Shown here: one piece after another, positions 37,146 to 46,153 of the stretch
Numbering within the stretch: the first letter of the stretch is position 1
How the letters are laid out: every line of letters begins with the position of its first letter
Notes under the pieces: generated by a model
The model's input: the letters and a program-made list of their open reading frames with translations, nothing else
Database searches by the model: none
Told to the model about the DNA's origin: nothing
Assembly (NCBI GenBank): GCA_001794205.1
Contig: MGJJ01000019.1
Span: 1,353-65,352, forward strand
DNA from: Candidatus Yanofskybacteria bacterium RIFCSPHIGHO2_01_FULL_44_22
Lineage (GTDB): Bacteria; Patescibacteriota; Minisyncoccia; 2-02-FULL-40-12; GWA2-44-9
Reading direction: 5' to 3'
Length of the DNA stretch: 64,000 nucleotides
Position numbers and translations under genes: made by a program

Positions 37146-37616
37146 ATGGAATACGTCATTCTTCTCAAAACTTTTATTGCGGCGGGGCTGGGGGCGGTTA
37201 TCGGTTTTGAAAGGGAGATGTCCCACAAAGTGGCGGGCTTGAGGACGCATACTTTGGTGTGCATGGCTTCGGCTCTTTTAACCTCGCTTGCCATTGACGG
37301 ATTCATTGAATATCTGGGAACGACGCCTTATGACCCGTCTCGAATCGTTTCCAATATTATTGTCGGCATCGGTTTCATCGGAGCCGGCGCTATTTTACGG
37401 CAGGGTTCGCGGGTGCAGGGGACTACCACCGCCGCCAGTCTTTGGGCCGTTGCCGCTGTCGGCATTACCGTGGGGCTGGGTTTTTTCAGGGAAGCCGCTG
37501 TTGTGGCCGCCGTTATTTTTTTAATTCTGCGTTTTTTGCGGGCGACGGAAGAAAAAATAATAAGCAAACTTAGGCACATGGACGGTGAAGAACCGGATGA
37601 ATCTACTGAAGAATAA
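37146..37616 (+). CDS. MgtC/SapB family membrane protein
   Basis: IGFERE...AGLRTH, DPSRI, GIGFIGAG, TTAASLW. Confidence 0.92.
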   Translation: MEYVILLKTFIAAGLGAVIGFEREMSHKVAGLRTHTLVCMASALLTSLAIDGFIEYLGTTPYDPSRIVSNIIVGIGFIGAGAILRQGSRVQGTTTAASLWAVAAVGITVGLGFFREAAVVAAVIFLILRFLRATEEKIISKLRHMDGEEPDESTEE

Positions 37617-38742
37617 AAATTTTTTACGGGCGACCGCCGCCTTGGTCGGCACAATGGTTGGTGTTGGGATTTTCGGCATTCCTTTTGCTTTTTCAAAAGC
37701 CGGTTTTTGGACCGGTTTTTTATTTTTAATTTTGATAGCCGCTATCACGCTTTTGGCAGATTTAATGTATGGAGAAGTGGTTCTGCGGACTCGGGCCAAA
37801 CACCAATTGGTCGGTTATACCCAGTTTTATCTCGGCCCGTTTTTTAAAAAAGCCCTTTTTTTTACGGCCGCCTTAAGCACTTATTCGGCTCTGTTGGCTT
37901 ACATCATCATTTCCGGCGATTTTATGAATAATGTTTTTTCTTGGGTTTTTTATGTTTCGCCGGAATCTTACAGCATAATTTTTTTTGTCGTCTTGTCCTT
38001 GCTGATTTTAAGAGGTCTTAAAACTGTTTCTTGGGCGGAGCTTTTGCTGACCGCTCTATTTTTTGCGGTTGTCCTGGGCATTTTTTTTCTTAGTTTGGAT
38101 AAACTGAATTTCTCAAATTTTAAAGGCGGCGCTTTGGAATTTTGGTTTTTGCCGTATGGAATTTTATTGTTTGCTTTTGCCGGCCTGCCGGCCGTTCCGC
38201 TCCAAAGGGAAATATTGGGCAGCGGTTCGGAACGGCTTTTTAAAAAATCTATTTTTGCGGCGGTGATTTTGGCGGCGGCGCTGTATTTCGTCTTTGCTTT
38301 TACGGTACTGGGAATTTCCGGGGACACTACCACGCCGGATGCAATTTCGGGGCTTTTTGGTCCGCTGGGCGGCGCCATAGTCTTCTTGGGTTCGGTTTTC
38401 GGTCTTCTGGCCGTCAGTACTTCGTATTTGATGCTTGGCACCGCCTTTACGGAAATTTTTCATTTGGATTTCAAACTCTCAAAAACGGCTTCCTGGTTTT
38501 TGACGGTTTTGCCGCCGTTTGTTCTTTTTTTGGGCGGAATGCGGACATTCATCGATGTTGTGAGTTTGGCCGGTTCGGTCGGCATAGGGCTGGAAGGGGC
38601 GATTTTGGTTTTTCTGTTCATGAAAGCGAAATCAAAAGGCGACCGCGAACCGGAATACAGTCTGCGAGTTCCCAAGTGGCTTTTGTTCGGTTTAATCGGT
38701 ATGTTTATTGCCGGTTCGGTGTATGCCATATTTATTAAGTAA
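37597..38742 (+). CDS. Aromatic amino acid/amino acid permease (HAAAP-like)
   Basis: GTMVGVGIFGIPFAF..AG N-terminal signature; about 11 TM helices. Confidence 0.85.
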   Translation: MNLLKNKNFLRATAALVGTMVGVGIFGIPFAFSKAGFWTGFLFLILIAAITLLADLMYGEVVLRTRAKHQLVGYTQFYLGPFFKKALFFTAALSTYSALLAYIIISGDFMNNVFSWVFYVSPESYSIIFFVVLSLLILRGLKTVSWAELLLTALFFAVVLGIFFLSLDKLNFSNFKGGALEFWFLPYGILLFAFAGLPAVPLQREILGSGSERLFKKSIFAAVILAAALYFVFAFTVLGISGDTTTPDAISGLFGPLGGAIVFLGSVFGLLAVSTSYLMLGTAFTEIFHLDFKLSKTASWFLTVLPPFVLFLGGMRTFIDVVSLAGSVGIGLEGAILVFLFMKAKSKGDREPEYSLRVPKWLLFGLIGMFIAGSVYAIFIK

Positions 38743-38771
38743 ATTGATGATTGTTAATTGTTATTTGATTG

Positions 38772-39317
38772 ATGACTAAATATCAAAATGTGTCCAAAAC
38801 TCAGGCGGTTCGCAGGGGTTCCATAGCGCCCCGTCGGAAACGCGCTCCAAAAGACGAGCAGGAGTTTGGTTTGGCTGGAAGCGGTTATATTTTATGTTCC
38901 GATTGCAAGAGCGTTTTTTTTGACAAGTCGTGGCATCATCGGCTGGACGAGGACAAGCATTTTTCGGCAGAAAAAAATAAAAACATAAAATTTGCGATTT
39001 GCCCGGCTTGCGATATGCTGAAAAAGAAGGAATATGAGGGAGAGCTGATAATCAGAATCAAGAATCAAGAAGCAAGAATTAAAAAAGACGAAGTGTTAAA
39101 TTCAATTCAGAACTCCGACGAAATGGCGCGGGAAAGAGACCCGATGGACAGGGTGCTATGGACGGAAAATAACGGCGATGAAATCAAAGTTTACACCTCC
39201 GAAAATCAGCTTGCCGTCATAATCGGCAAAAAATTGGACTCATCTTTCCCCGGCGGGAAACTTAAAATAGAACACAGTCACGGCGAGGATTTAATAAGGG
39301 TTTTCTGGGAAAGATAA
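38772..39317 (+). CDS. Zinc-ribbon protein (BCAM0308/NMD3-like)
   Basis: CSDC...W...CPAC...G, DPMDRV, VYTSENQLA..IGK, RVFW. Confidence 0.7.
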   Translation: MTKYQNVSKTQAVRRGSIAPRRKRAPKDEQEFGLAGSGYILCSDCKSVFFDKSWHHRLDEDKHFSAEKNKNIKFAICPACDMLKKKEYEGELIIRIKNQEARIKKDEVLNSIQNSDEMARERDPMDRVLWTENNGDEIKVYTSENQLAVIIGKKLDSSFPGGKLKIEHSHGEDLIRVFWER

Positions 39318-39613
39318 CCGCTTCGCTTTGCCTCCTCCTGCATTTTCCATGCTTCGAAGCATCCTACAACCTCCTCCGCGCTTCGGAGCGCCGTCTTTTT
39401 TCAATCTGCTCGGCCGTTTAGGATAAACAAGGGATTTCTTGCAAGAAATCCCTTGTTTATCCTGGCCTGCGAGAACTTATTCAAAAAGACGGCACATCCT
39501 CCGCCGGTTGATTGTGTAAGTGGCTGATGCTTGAGCGAGAAAGGTCAAACGAATCAATACATCCGAGGCACTTGAGAAGGTGAGGAGGGGGCAAGAAAAT
39601 GGGGCGGAGCGGT
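39317..39613 (+). repeat. ~297-nt nested fold-back element with a 44-bp perfect palindrome at its apex
   Basis: Nested pairs ACCGCTTCGC/GCGGAGCGGT, TTGCCTCCTCCT/AGGAGGGGGCAA, AAGCATC/GATGCTT, GCCGTCTTTT/AAAAGACGGC; perfect palindrome 39420-39463. Confidence 0.8.
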
Positions 39614-39643
39614 GATTGAGTAAAATCATGCTATAATAATTCC

Positions 39644-41035
39644 GTGAATATTTTCAGGAAAATTGAAGAAATTTTATTTTATTTCCTTCTTTTTGCCATT
39701 CCGTTTCAGGCGCGGAAGATATTATGGCAGCAGAATTGGTATTTTAACGAGTGGCAGGCGATATCACTTTATCTTACCGATTTAATTTTACTTGTCTTAT
39801 TTGTATTCTGGGTTTTATTTAATTTTCGCGGTAGGCAAATTTTCAATTTTCAATTTTCAATTTTCAATAAATTTCCCAATTTCCCAATTTCCAAATTTTT
39901 TCAGTCAGATTTTTTTCTTACAAGCTTTCTCATTGTAGCGGCAATTTCAATCAAAAATTCAAGCAATGCGGTCATAAGTTTATTTCAATTTGTTAAATTG
40001 GCCGAGTTTATCGCTTTTTATTTTTATCTCAAGCACTACGCTTTTTTTAGATTCAGTTTTGTCAAAGCCCTTTTAGCTGTTTTTATTGGTGGCGCCGTTC
40101 AGGCCGTTATCGCCATTGGGCAATTTATTAAACAATCTGATTTGGGATTAAGGTGGTTGGGCGAGAGTGCGCTTAGTTCGAATTTGAGCGGCGTGGCTTC
40201 GTTTTTTAACTCCGCCGGCGAAAAAATTATTCGCGCTTATGGCGCGACTCCTCATCCCAATATTTTGGCGGCGTACCTGTTCCTGGCTATTTTTATTTTT
40301 TATTTTTTGCGGCTTTATAAACCGCAAGCTCTTCGTAACCTTAGTGGAGTAGGGCTTATGATTTTCTATAGTGTTTTACTTTTGGGGCTATTTTTCTCAT
40401 TTTCCCGAACCATTATTTTTTTATGGGCGGCCGGTTTTGCGGCGCGAGCGGCGTTGATATGGTTTAAAAAGGATTTCAGAACCGAATTTTGGCGGGATTC
40501 AGCCGTACGGCGCAGGCTTATCTTAATTTTAATCGCGACCATTATTACAATGGGCATCTTTGCAGTCGTCTGGTGGCCGGAAGTTTCCAGCCGGCTTAAA
40601 TTATCGTCAAGCGATGAGGCGGTGCGGTTGAGAATCTTTTACGGCAAAGAAGCTTTGAAATCAGGCTCAAATTGGTTTGGCGTCGGAATCGGTAATTTCG
40701 TCAATTGGCTCTCGGCGCTTGAACCGAATTTGTCCCGCCAGCTTTACCAGCCGGTCCACAATATTTATCTTCTGATTTATTCGGAAACGGGCATGTTGGG
40801 CCTGGCGTCATTTGTTTTATTTTTGATATTTTTAATAAAAGATTTTCTAAATAGAACAAAAATGAAAGAACTTTATAATTATTCGTTTTTGCTGATTTTC
40901 GTTTCAATTTTGATTATCGGTTTCTTTGACCATTTTCTTTTTACGATTCAGCAAGGGAGATTTATCTTTTGGCTGGGAGCGGCTTTATTGACTTCTAATT
41001 TCCAGGAGATTTTGTATTATAGAAAAAATGCCTAA
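39644..41035 (+). CDS. O-antigen ligase/polymerase (Wzy_C) family protein
   Basis: RAYG..PHPN, SFSR, GVGIGNF, PVHNIYLLI..ETG, FDH. Confidence 0.88.
   Translation: MNIFRKIEEILFYFLLFAIPFQARKILWQQNWYFNEWQAISLYLTDLILLVLFVFWVLFNFRGRQIFNFQFSIFNKFPNFPISKFFQSDFFLTSFLIVAAISIKNSSNAVISLFQFVKLAEFIAFYFYLKHYAFFRFSFVKALLAVFIGGAVQAVIAIGQFIKQSDLGLRWLGESALSSNLSGVASFFNSAGEKIIRAYGATPHPNILAAYLFLAIFIFYFLRLYKPQALRNLSGVGLMIFYSVLLLGLFFSFSRTIIFLWAAGFAARAALIWFKKDFRTEFWRDSAVRRRLILILIATIITMGIFAVVWWPEVSSRLKLSSSDEAVRLRIFYGKEALKSGSNWFGVGIGNFVNWLSALEPNLSRQLYQPVHNIYLLIYSETGMLGLASFVLFLIFLIKDFLNRTKMKELYNYSFLLIFVSILIIGFFDHFLFTIQQGRFIFWLGAALLTSNFQEILYYRKNA
39838..39893 (+). repeat. (AATTTTC)4 plus (AATTTCCC)~3 microsatellite inside the ligase gene
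   Basis: Direct reading; encodes IFNFQFSIFNKFPNFPIS. Confidence 0.88.
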
Positions 41036-41642
41036 TCGTCTAAACGACAACAGAACCGAATTGCTCAAACAAATTAGAGACGAAGTTGTTAATTTTAAAA
41101 ATTCGCCGTTATATCAAGAAAGAATAAAGAACAAAGTTTTTCCGGTGATAGGCGAAGGGAGCCATTATGCCAAGATTATGTTCATTGGCGAGGCGCCGGG
41201 CCGGAATGAAGCTCAAACCGGCCGGCCATTTTGCGGCGCGGCTGGTAAAATTCTTGATGAGTTGCTTGCCTCGGCGGGCATAAAAAGAGAAGATGTTTAT
41301 ATCACCAACATAGTCAAAGACCGGCCGCCGTTTAATCGCGACCCCCTGCCGGAAGAAATCGAAGCCTATGCCCCTTTTCTTGCCCGCCAGATAGAAATCA
41401 TTAAGCCGGAAATAATCGCTACTTTGGGCCGGTTTGCCATGGCTTACATTATGAAACGTTTCAGCTTGGAGAATAGCCTTGATTCCATAAGTCGTTTGCA
41501 CGGCAGAATATTTGAAACTGAAGCGTCTTACGGTAAAATCAAGGTTATTCCTCTTTATCATCCTGCCGTTGCCGTTTATAATGCGAATACCAAAGAAGAA
41601 CTGCTTCAAGATTTTCAAACATTGAGGTCCGGCATCGAATAA
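41028..41642 (+). CDS. Uracil-DNA glycosylase, family 4-like
   Basis: IGEAPG..E...GRPFCG, YITNIVKDRPP.NRDP, LYHPA. Confidence 0.93.
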   Translation: MPNRLNDNRTELLKQIRDEVVNFKNSPLYQERIKNKVFPVIGEGSHYAKIMFIGEAPGRNEAQTGRPFCGAAGKILDELLASAGIKREDVYITNIVKDRPPFNRDPLPEEIEAYAPFLARQIEIIKPEIIATLGRFAMAYIMKRFSLENSLDSISRLHGRIFETEASYGKIKVIPLYHPAVAVYNANTKEELLQDFQTLRSGIE

Positions 41643-41669
41643 GTCGGATAAAAGGCAGAACTTGCGCAT

Positions 41670-42344
41670 ATGGAAGGATTATTAAATTTTTTTCAAGACA
41701 ATTTCCCGTTTCTGATTTCCCACCGCTATCTTTTTCTTTTTCTTGGCGGGGCCATTGAGGGTTTAAACACGATGGTGTTGGGCGGATTTTTGGCGTCCGT
41801 CGGAGGTATCGCCCTCTTGCCGATTTTTTTCATCTTCGTGGCCGGATATACTCTCAACGGTTACATTTGGTATCTGGTTGGCTATTTGGCCGGCGCCAAG
41901 CCGATTGACAAATGGGGCCGCAAAGACCCCAAAAGCCGGAAAATCATAGAAAAAGTTGAAGAGTATTTTGAGCGATACAGCGGACGAGCCATAGTAATCA
42001 CGAAATTTACCTTTTCTCTCACCATCGCGACGCTTATTATGGCCGGTTCTCTGAAATACAACTTGAAAAAATTCAGCTGGTATAATTTTTTGGGGTCAAT
42101 AGGATGGGTTGCGGTGACCCTGTTTATCGGATATTTTTTCGGCCAAAGTTATAAATTCTTCCTGGTTTATCTTAGGAATCTCACTTATTTTATCGTGTTT
42201 TTGGGAGGAGCGGTGGCGCTGATTTATCTTTTAAAATTATTTTTTAAATCAACATTTGTAAGGACGCTTTTTATAAGCGAAAAAATCAAAGAATTCAGCG
42301 AAAAAATAAAGGATGGATTTGATAAGTTTCTATCTGACCGGTGA
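41670..42344 (+). CDS. DedA/VTT family membrane protein
   Basis: EG...LGGFLAS, Y.VGY.AG, F.RY.G.AI...KF, AG...F..YN. Confidence 0.85.
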   Translation: MEGLLNFFQDNFPFLISHRYLFLFLGGAIEGLNTMVLGGFLASVGGIALLPIFFIFVAGYTLNGYIWYLVGYLAGAKPIDKWGRKDPKSRKIIEKVEEYFERYSGRAIVITKFTFSLTIATLIMAGSLKYNLKKFSWYNFLGSIGWVAVTLFIGYFFGQSYKFFLVYLRNLTYFIVFLGGAVALIYLLKLFFKSTFVRTLFISEKIKEFSEKIKDGFDKFLSDR

Positions 42345-42394
42345 GGGGCTGTGGATTGTTTTACTTGACCGTTTGTGGTATCATTTAAATACAT

Positions 42395-43609
42395 ATGAAT
42401 ATTGGAAAAATTGCTCGTTTTTTCTTTGTTTTGGCGTTTATCGGAGCGGCCGGTTTTGCGCAAGCCGCCCAGGACGACACTCGTTATTTTGTTAAATCTA
42501 CCGCCGGTTTTTGGAAAAAATCATTTGGAGTAAGACACGCTTTTACCGAAGGTTTTACCGCCGATTTATCGGATTTTCAGTTGAAATTGGCTAAAATATT
42601 TGGCGTGGAAATAGAACCGGTAAGAAAGTTAAGCATTTTGCCGGCGGCGGAGCCGGAGCAGCAGCAGCCTGTTCTCAAGGGAGGCAAGCCTTTCGATGCC
42701 GTTCGGGGCAAGCCATCTGTCAGACAAATGCCGTCGGAAAGCGTTCCTTGGGGCGTTAAGACTGTTTATAATGACCCGTTTCTTGCCAAATCATCGGGTG
42801 GCGCCGGCGCAAAAGTGGCTGTTTTGGATTCCGGCGTATTAAGAACTCATTTGGATTTGAAAAACCGAATTTTGGATTGCAAAGATTTTACCGCCGCGAA
42901 AACTCCGGTTGTTGACGGAAAATGTGAAGACAAAAACGGCCACGGCACTCACGTCGCCGGCATTATTGCCGCCGACGGTGGAAGCGACGGACTGGGTATT
43001 TACGGAGTTGCTCCGGAAGCGGAATTGATGATTTACAAAGTTTGCGGCAACAACGGTTCTTGCTGGGCTGATGATATTGCCGTAGCTATGAAATTGGCCG
43101 CTGACAACGGAGCCCAGATAATCAACTTAAGTTTGGGTTCAGATGCTCCAAGTCCGCTAATAACGGATGCTACCGTTTACGCCGCGCTAAAAAATGTTAT
43201 GGTTGTGGCGGCCGCCGGAAACGACGGGCCGTATGCCGGCAGTATTGATTATCCGGGAGCTGACCCGAATGTAGTCGGAGTTGGCGCCTTAGACATTAAT
43301 TTGTCGATTCCGGAATGGAGTTCGCGGGGCAATAATTCAATTTCTACGCCTTATGTCATGGAAGACCAAGACATTGAGTTTGCCGCTCCGGGGGTTAACG
43401 CAGAATCAACTTGGAAAGACGGCGGCTATGCCATTTTATCGGGGACGTCCATGGCCGCTCCTCATGTGGCCGGTCTAGCCGCCAAACTCTGGCAGGCCGA
43501 TGCTTTAAACCCAATGGCTGCCACCCGCGACCTGCTTCATAAATATTCCATTGACCTATTGCCGTTTGGCGATGATGATTCGTCCGGTTGGGGATTGCCG
43601 AGGCTCTAA
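42395..43609 (+). CDS. Secreted subtilisin-like serine protease (S8)
   Basis: Signal peptide; VAVLDSG, HGTHVAG, AAGN, SGTSMAAPHVAG. Confidence 0.95.
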   Translation: MNIGKIARFFFVLAFIGAAGFAQAAQDDTRYFVKSTAGFWKKSFGVRHAFTEGFTADLSDFQLKLAKIFGVEIEPVRKLSILPAAEPEQQQPVLKGGKPFDAVRGKPSVRQMPSESVPWGVKTVYNDPFLAKSSGGAGAKVAVLDSGVLRTHLDLKNRILDCKDFTAAKTPVVDGKCEDKNGHGTHVAGIIAADGGSDGLGIYGVAPEAELMIYKVCGNNGSCWADDIAVAMKLAADNGAQIINLSLGSDAPSPLITDATVYAALKNVMVVAAAGNDGPYAGSIDYPGADPNVVGVGALDINLSIPEWSSRGNNSISTPYVMEDQDIEFAAPGVNAESTWKDGGYAILSGTSMAAPHVAGLAAKLWQADALNPMAATRDLLHKYSIDLLPFGDDDSSGWGLPRL

Positions 43610-43631
43610 AAATATGCAAATTGAATGAAAA

Positions 43632-43659
43632 TTAAAAAGCCGCTTTTGCGGCTTTTTAA
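43632..43659. terminator. Intrinsic terminator
   Basis: TTAAAAAGCCGC-TTTT-GCGGCTTTTTAA. Confidence 0.75.
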
Positions 43660-43680
43660 CTTCTTTGATAGAATTAAAAC

Positions 43681-44307
43681 ATGAGAATCAATCATGTGAT
43701 AAAAACTTTAGTCATTTCTGATTTTTTGACTAATGCCGGTTTTAGCGTGTTTGCTCCGATAATCGCGGTTTTCGTTACAAAACAAATTGAGGGCGGCTCT
43801 CTTGAAATAATAGGTTTTGCGGCGGCTATTTTCCAGGTTTTTAAATCCGTGCTTCAAATACCGATTTCCAGATTTTTAGACAAAGACCACGGCGAATTTG
43901 ACGATTTTTATTCAATGATTTTTGGAAGTTTATTGATTGCTTCAGTTCCATTTTTATATCTTTTAGCGTCACAACCTATTCATGTTTATTTAATTCAAGC
44001 GGTTTATGGCGCAGGAGCGGCATTTGCCATCCCTCCCTGGTACGCTATTTTTACCCGCCATATTGATAAACTCAAAGAAAACCAAGAATGGTCATTGGAC
44101 TCGATAGCTATTGGCATCGGAGCGGCGACCTCTGCCGCTTTAGGCGGAATTCTGGCGAACCGTTACGGGTTTCAAACAGTTTTTATTATCGGCGGGTTTT
44201 TGGCAGTTCTCGGAGCAATACAGCAAATGAGAATTTATAAAGATTTGCGCGAAAAAGTTGCTCATGACGAAGTAAAACCCCAGCCGGACAAAGTTCCCGG
44301 CAGTTAA
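43681..44307 (+). CDS. Half-size (6-TM) MFS-like transporter
   Basis: MFS N-domain pattern (PIIAVFV, QIPISRFLD, QAVYGAG, LGGILA..YGF) in only 208 aa. Confidence 0.75.
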   Translation: MRINHVIKTLVISDFLTNAGFSVFAPIIAVFVTKQIEGGSLEIIGFAAAIFQVFKSVLQIPISRFLDKDHGEFDDFYSMIFGSLLIASVPFLYLLASQPIHVYLIQAVYGAGAAFAIPPWYAIFTRHIDKLKENQEWSLDSIAIGIGAATSAALGGILANRYGFQTVFIIGGFLAVLGAIQQMRIYKDLREKVAHDEVKPQPDKVPGS

Positions 44308-44389
44308 GTTATTCTTTATTTGTCTGATTCTCAAAACTCTTTCTCGGCACGTCCTTTTTGGGGTTAACCGACAGTTATTATTTTAATTA

Positions 44390-46147
44390 ATGAATCAAAA
44401 TCTTGCGAAAATATTGCGTGAGATATCGGTGCTTCTTGAAATAAAAGGAGTCGAATTTAAGCCTCAAGCTTATGAAAAAGTTGCCCATTCGATTGAAATG
44501 CTTGAAGAAGACGTCAAAGATATTTATCAAAAAGGCGGCCTCAAGGCTCTTGAAGAAATTTCTGGTGTCGGCCGGGGGATTGCCGAGAAAATTGAAGAAT
44601 ATATCAAGAACCGCCGCATTAAAGACCATGCATTGTTAAAAAAAGAAATCCCCGTTGACATAGACGAATTATCGACAGTTGAAGGCGTCGGCCCCAAAAT
44701 GATACTTAGGCTGTATGAGGAATTGAAAATAAAAACCCGCGACCAGCTGGAGAAAGCGGCCCGAGCCGGAAAATTACGCGGTCTTGAAGGTTTTGGCCAA
44801 AAAACGGAAGAAAACATTCTGCGAAGTATTGATTTTTTAAAAAAAGAACACGGCCGCTTTATTCTCGGTTTCGTAATGCCGGAGATGCGGGCGATTGTGG
44901 AAAAAATAAGAAAGGTGCCTGGAGTGGAAAGAGCTGAATTTGCAGGTTCAATCAGGCGGATGCAGGAAACCGTAGGCGACCTGGACATTTTGGTTATCTC
45001 TAAAAAACCTTCGTTGGCGATGGATTTTTTTGTTACCATGCCGGAAGTGGCGGCGATTTACGCCAAAGGCAATACTAAATCCTCGGTAAGACTGAAAATG
45101 GGCATGGATGCAGATTTGAGAGTTCTGCCGCCGGAATCTTTCGGCGCCGCTTTGCAGTATTTCACCGGCGATAAATATCACAATGTTCAGCTTCGCCAAA
45201 TTGCCATAAAACAAGGTTATAAGCTGAACGAGTACGGCTTATATAAAGGGAAAAAACTGGTGGCCGGCCGAACCGAAGAAGAAATATACGAAAAATTAGG
45301 GTTGGCCTGGATGCCGCCGGAATTGCGTACCAACGGGGGCGAACTTGTGGCTGCTCTTCGGCCAGTTCGACAAGCTTGTGGCGAGCAAGCTCAAGGTAAA
45401 CCGGATGGATTGCCTAAACTTGTTGAGTACGGCGACCTGATGGGCGATTTGCAGATACAGACCGATTGGACCGACGGAGAAAACTCCATAAGGGAAATGG
45501 CGGAAGCCGCCAAAAAACAGGGTCTGAAATACATTTGCATAACTGACCACACTAAAACGCTTGCTATGACCGGCGGAAGCGATGAAAAAAAATTGTTGCG
45601 CCAGATGGCCGCGATTGACGAAGTCAATCGCAAATTTAAAGGTTCTGGTTTTAAAGTTCTAAAGGGCGCGGAGGTTAATATAATGAAGGACGGGACTTTG
45701 GATATTAATGATGAGACATTGGCCAAGCTTGATGTCGTGGGCGCTTCGGTTCATTCCAATTTTAATATGCCCGAGAAAGACATGACGGCAAGAATAATCA
45801 GAGCGATGGAAAATCCCAATGTGGACATAATTTTTCATCCTACCGGAAGAGTGATAAAAAGACGCGAGGCCTATAAAGTTAATATGGATGAATTGCTAAA
45901 ATCAGCCAAACGCACTAAGACGGTTATGGAAATAGACGCCTTTCCCGACCGGCTGGATTTGAAAGATGAATATATAAGAAAAGCTGTTGAACTTGGCGTA
46001 AAATTAGCCATAGATTCCGACGCCCATTCCGTCGCTCATTTCTCATATCTTGAATTTGGCGTTGCTCAAGCGCGCCGCGGCTGGGCTGAAAAGTCAGATA
46101 TTATTAACACAAGGGACTGGCAAGAAATGCTTAAACAGTTAAAATAA
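44390..46147 (+). CDS. polX: DNA polymerase X family with PHP domain
   Basis: HhH motifs, AGSIRR...GDLD, DLR, YFTG, PHP motifs TDH, HPTGR, DSDAH. Confidence 0.95.
   Translation: MNQNLAKILREISVLLEIKGVEFKPQAYEKVAHSIEMLEEDVKDIYQKGGLKALEEISGVGRGIAEKIEEYIKNRRIKDHALLKKEIPVDIDELSTVEGVGPKMILRLYEELKIKTRDQLEKAARAGKLRGLEGFGQKTEENILRSIDFLKKEHGRFILGFVMPEMRAIVEKIRKVPGVERAEFAGSIRRMQETVGDLDILVISKKPSLAMDFFVTMPEVAAIYAKGNTKSSVRLKMGMDADLRVLPPESFGAALQYFTGDKYHNVQLRQIAIKQGYKLNEYGLYKGKKLVAGRTEEEIYEKLGLAWMPPELRTNGGELVAALRPVRQACGEQAQGKPDGLPKLVEYGDLMGDLQIQTDWTDGENSIREMAEAAKKQGLKYICITDHTKTLAMTGGSDEKKLLRQMAAIDEVNRKFKGSGFKVLKGAEVNIMKDGTLDINDETLAKLDVVGASVHSNFNMPEKDMTARIIRAMENPNVDIIFHPTGRVIKRREAYKVNMDELLKSAKRTKTVMEIDAFPDRLDLKDEYIRKAVELGVKLAIDSDAHSVAHFSYLEFGVAQARRGWAEKSDIINTRDWQEMLKQLK
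45356..45400 (+). repeat. Nested TTCGACAAGCT-type repeat in the PolX linker
   Basis: 24-nt GCCAGTTCGACAAGCTTGTGGCGA (45361-45384; 17/24 to the ftsQ unit) inside CTTCG/GCAAGCTCAAGGTAAA. Confidence 0.6.
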
Positions 46148-46153
46148 CATCAA

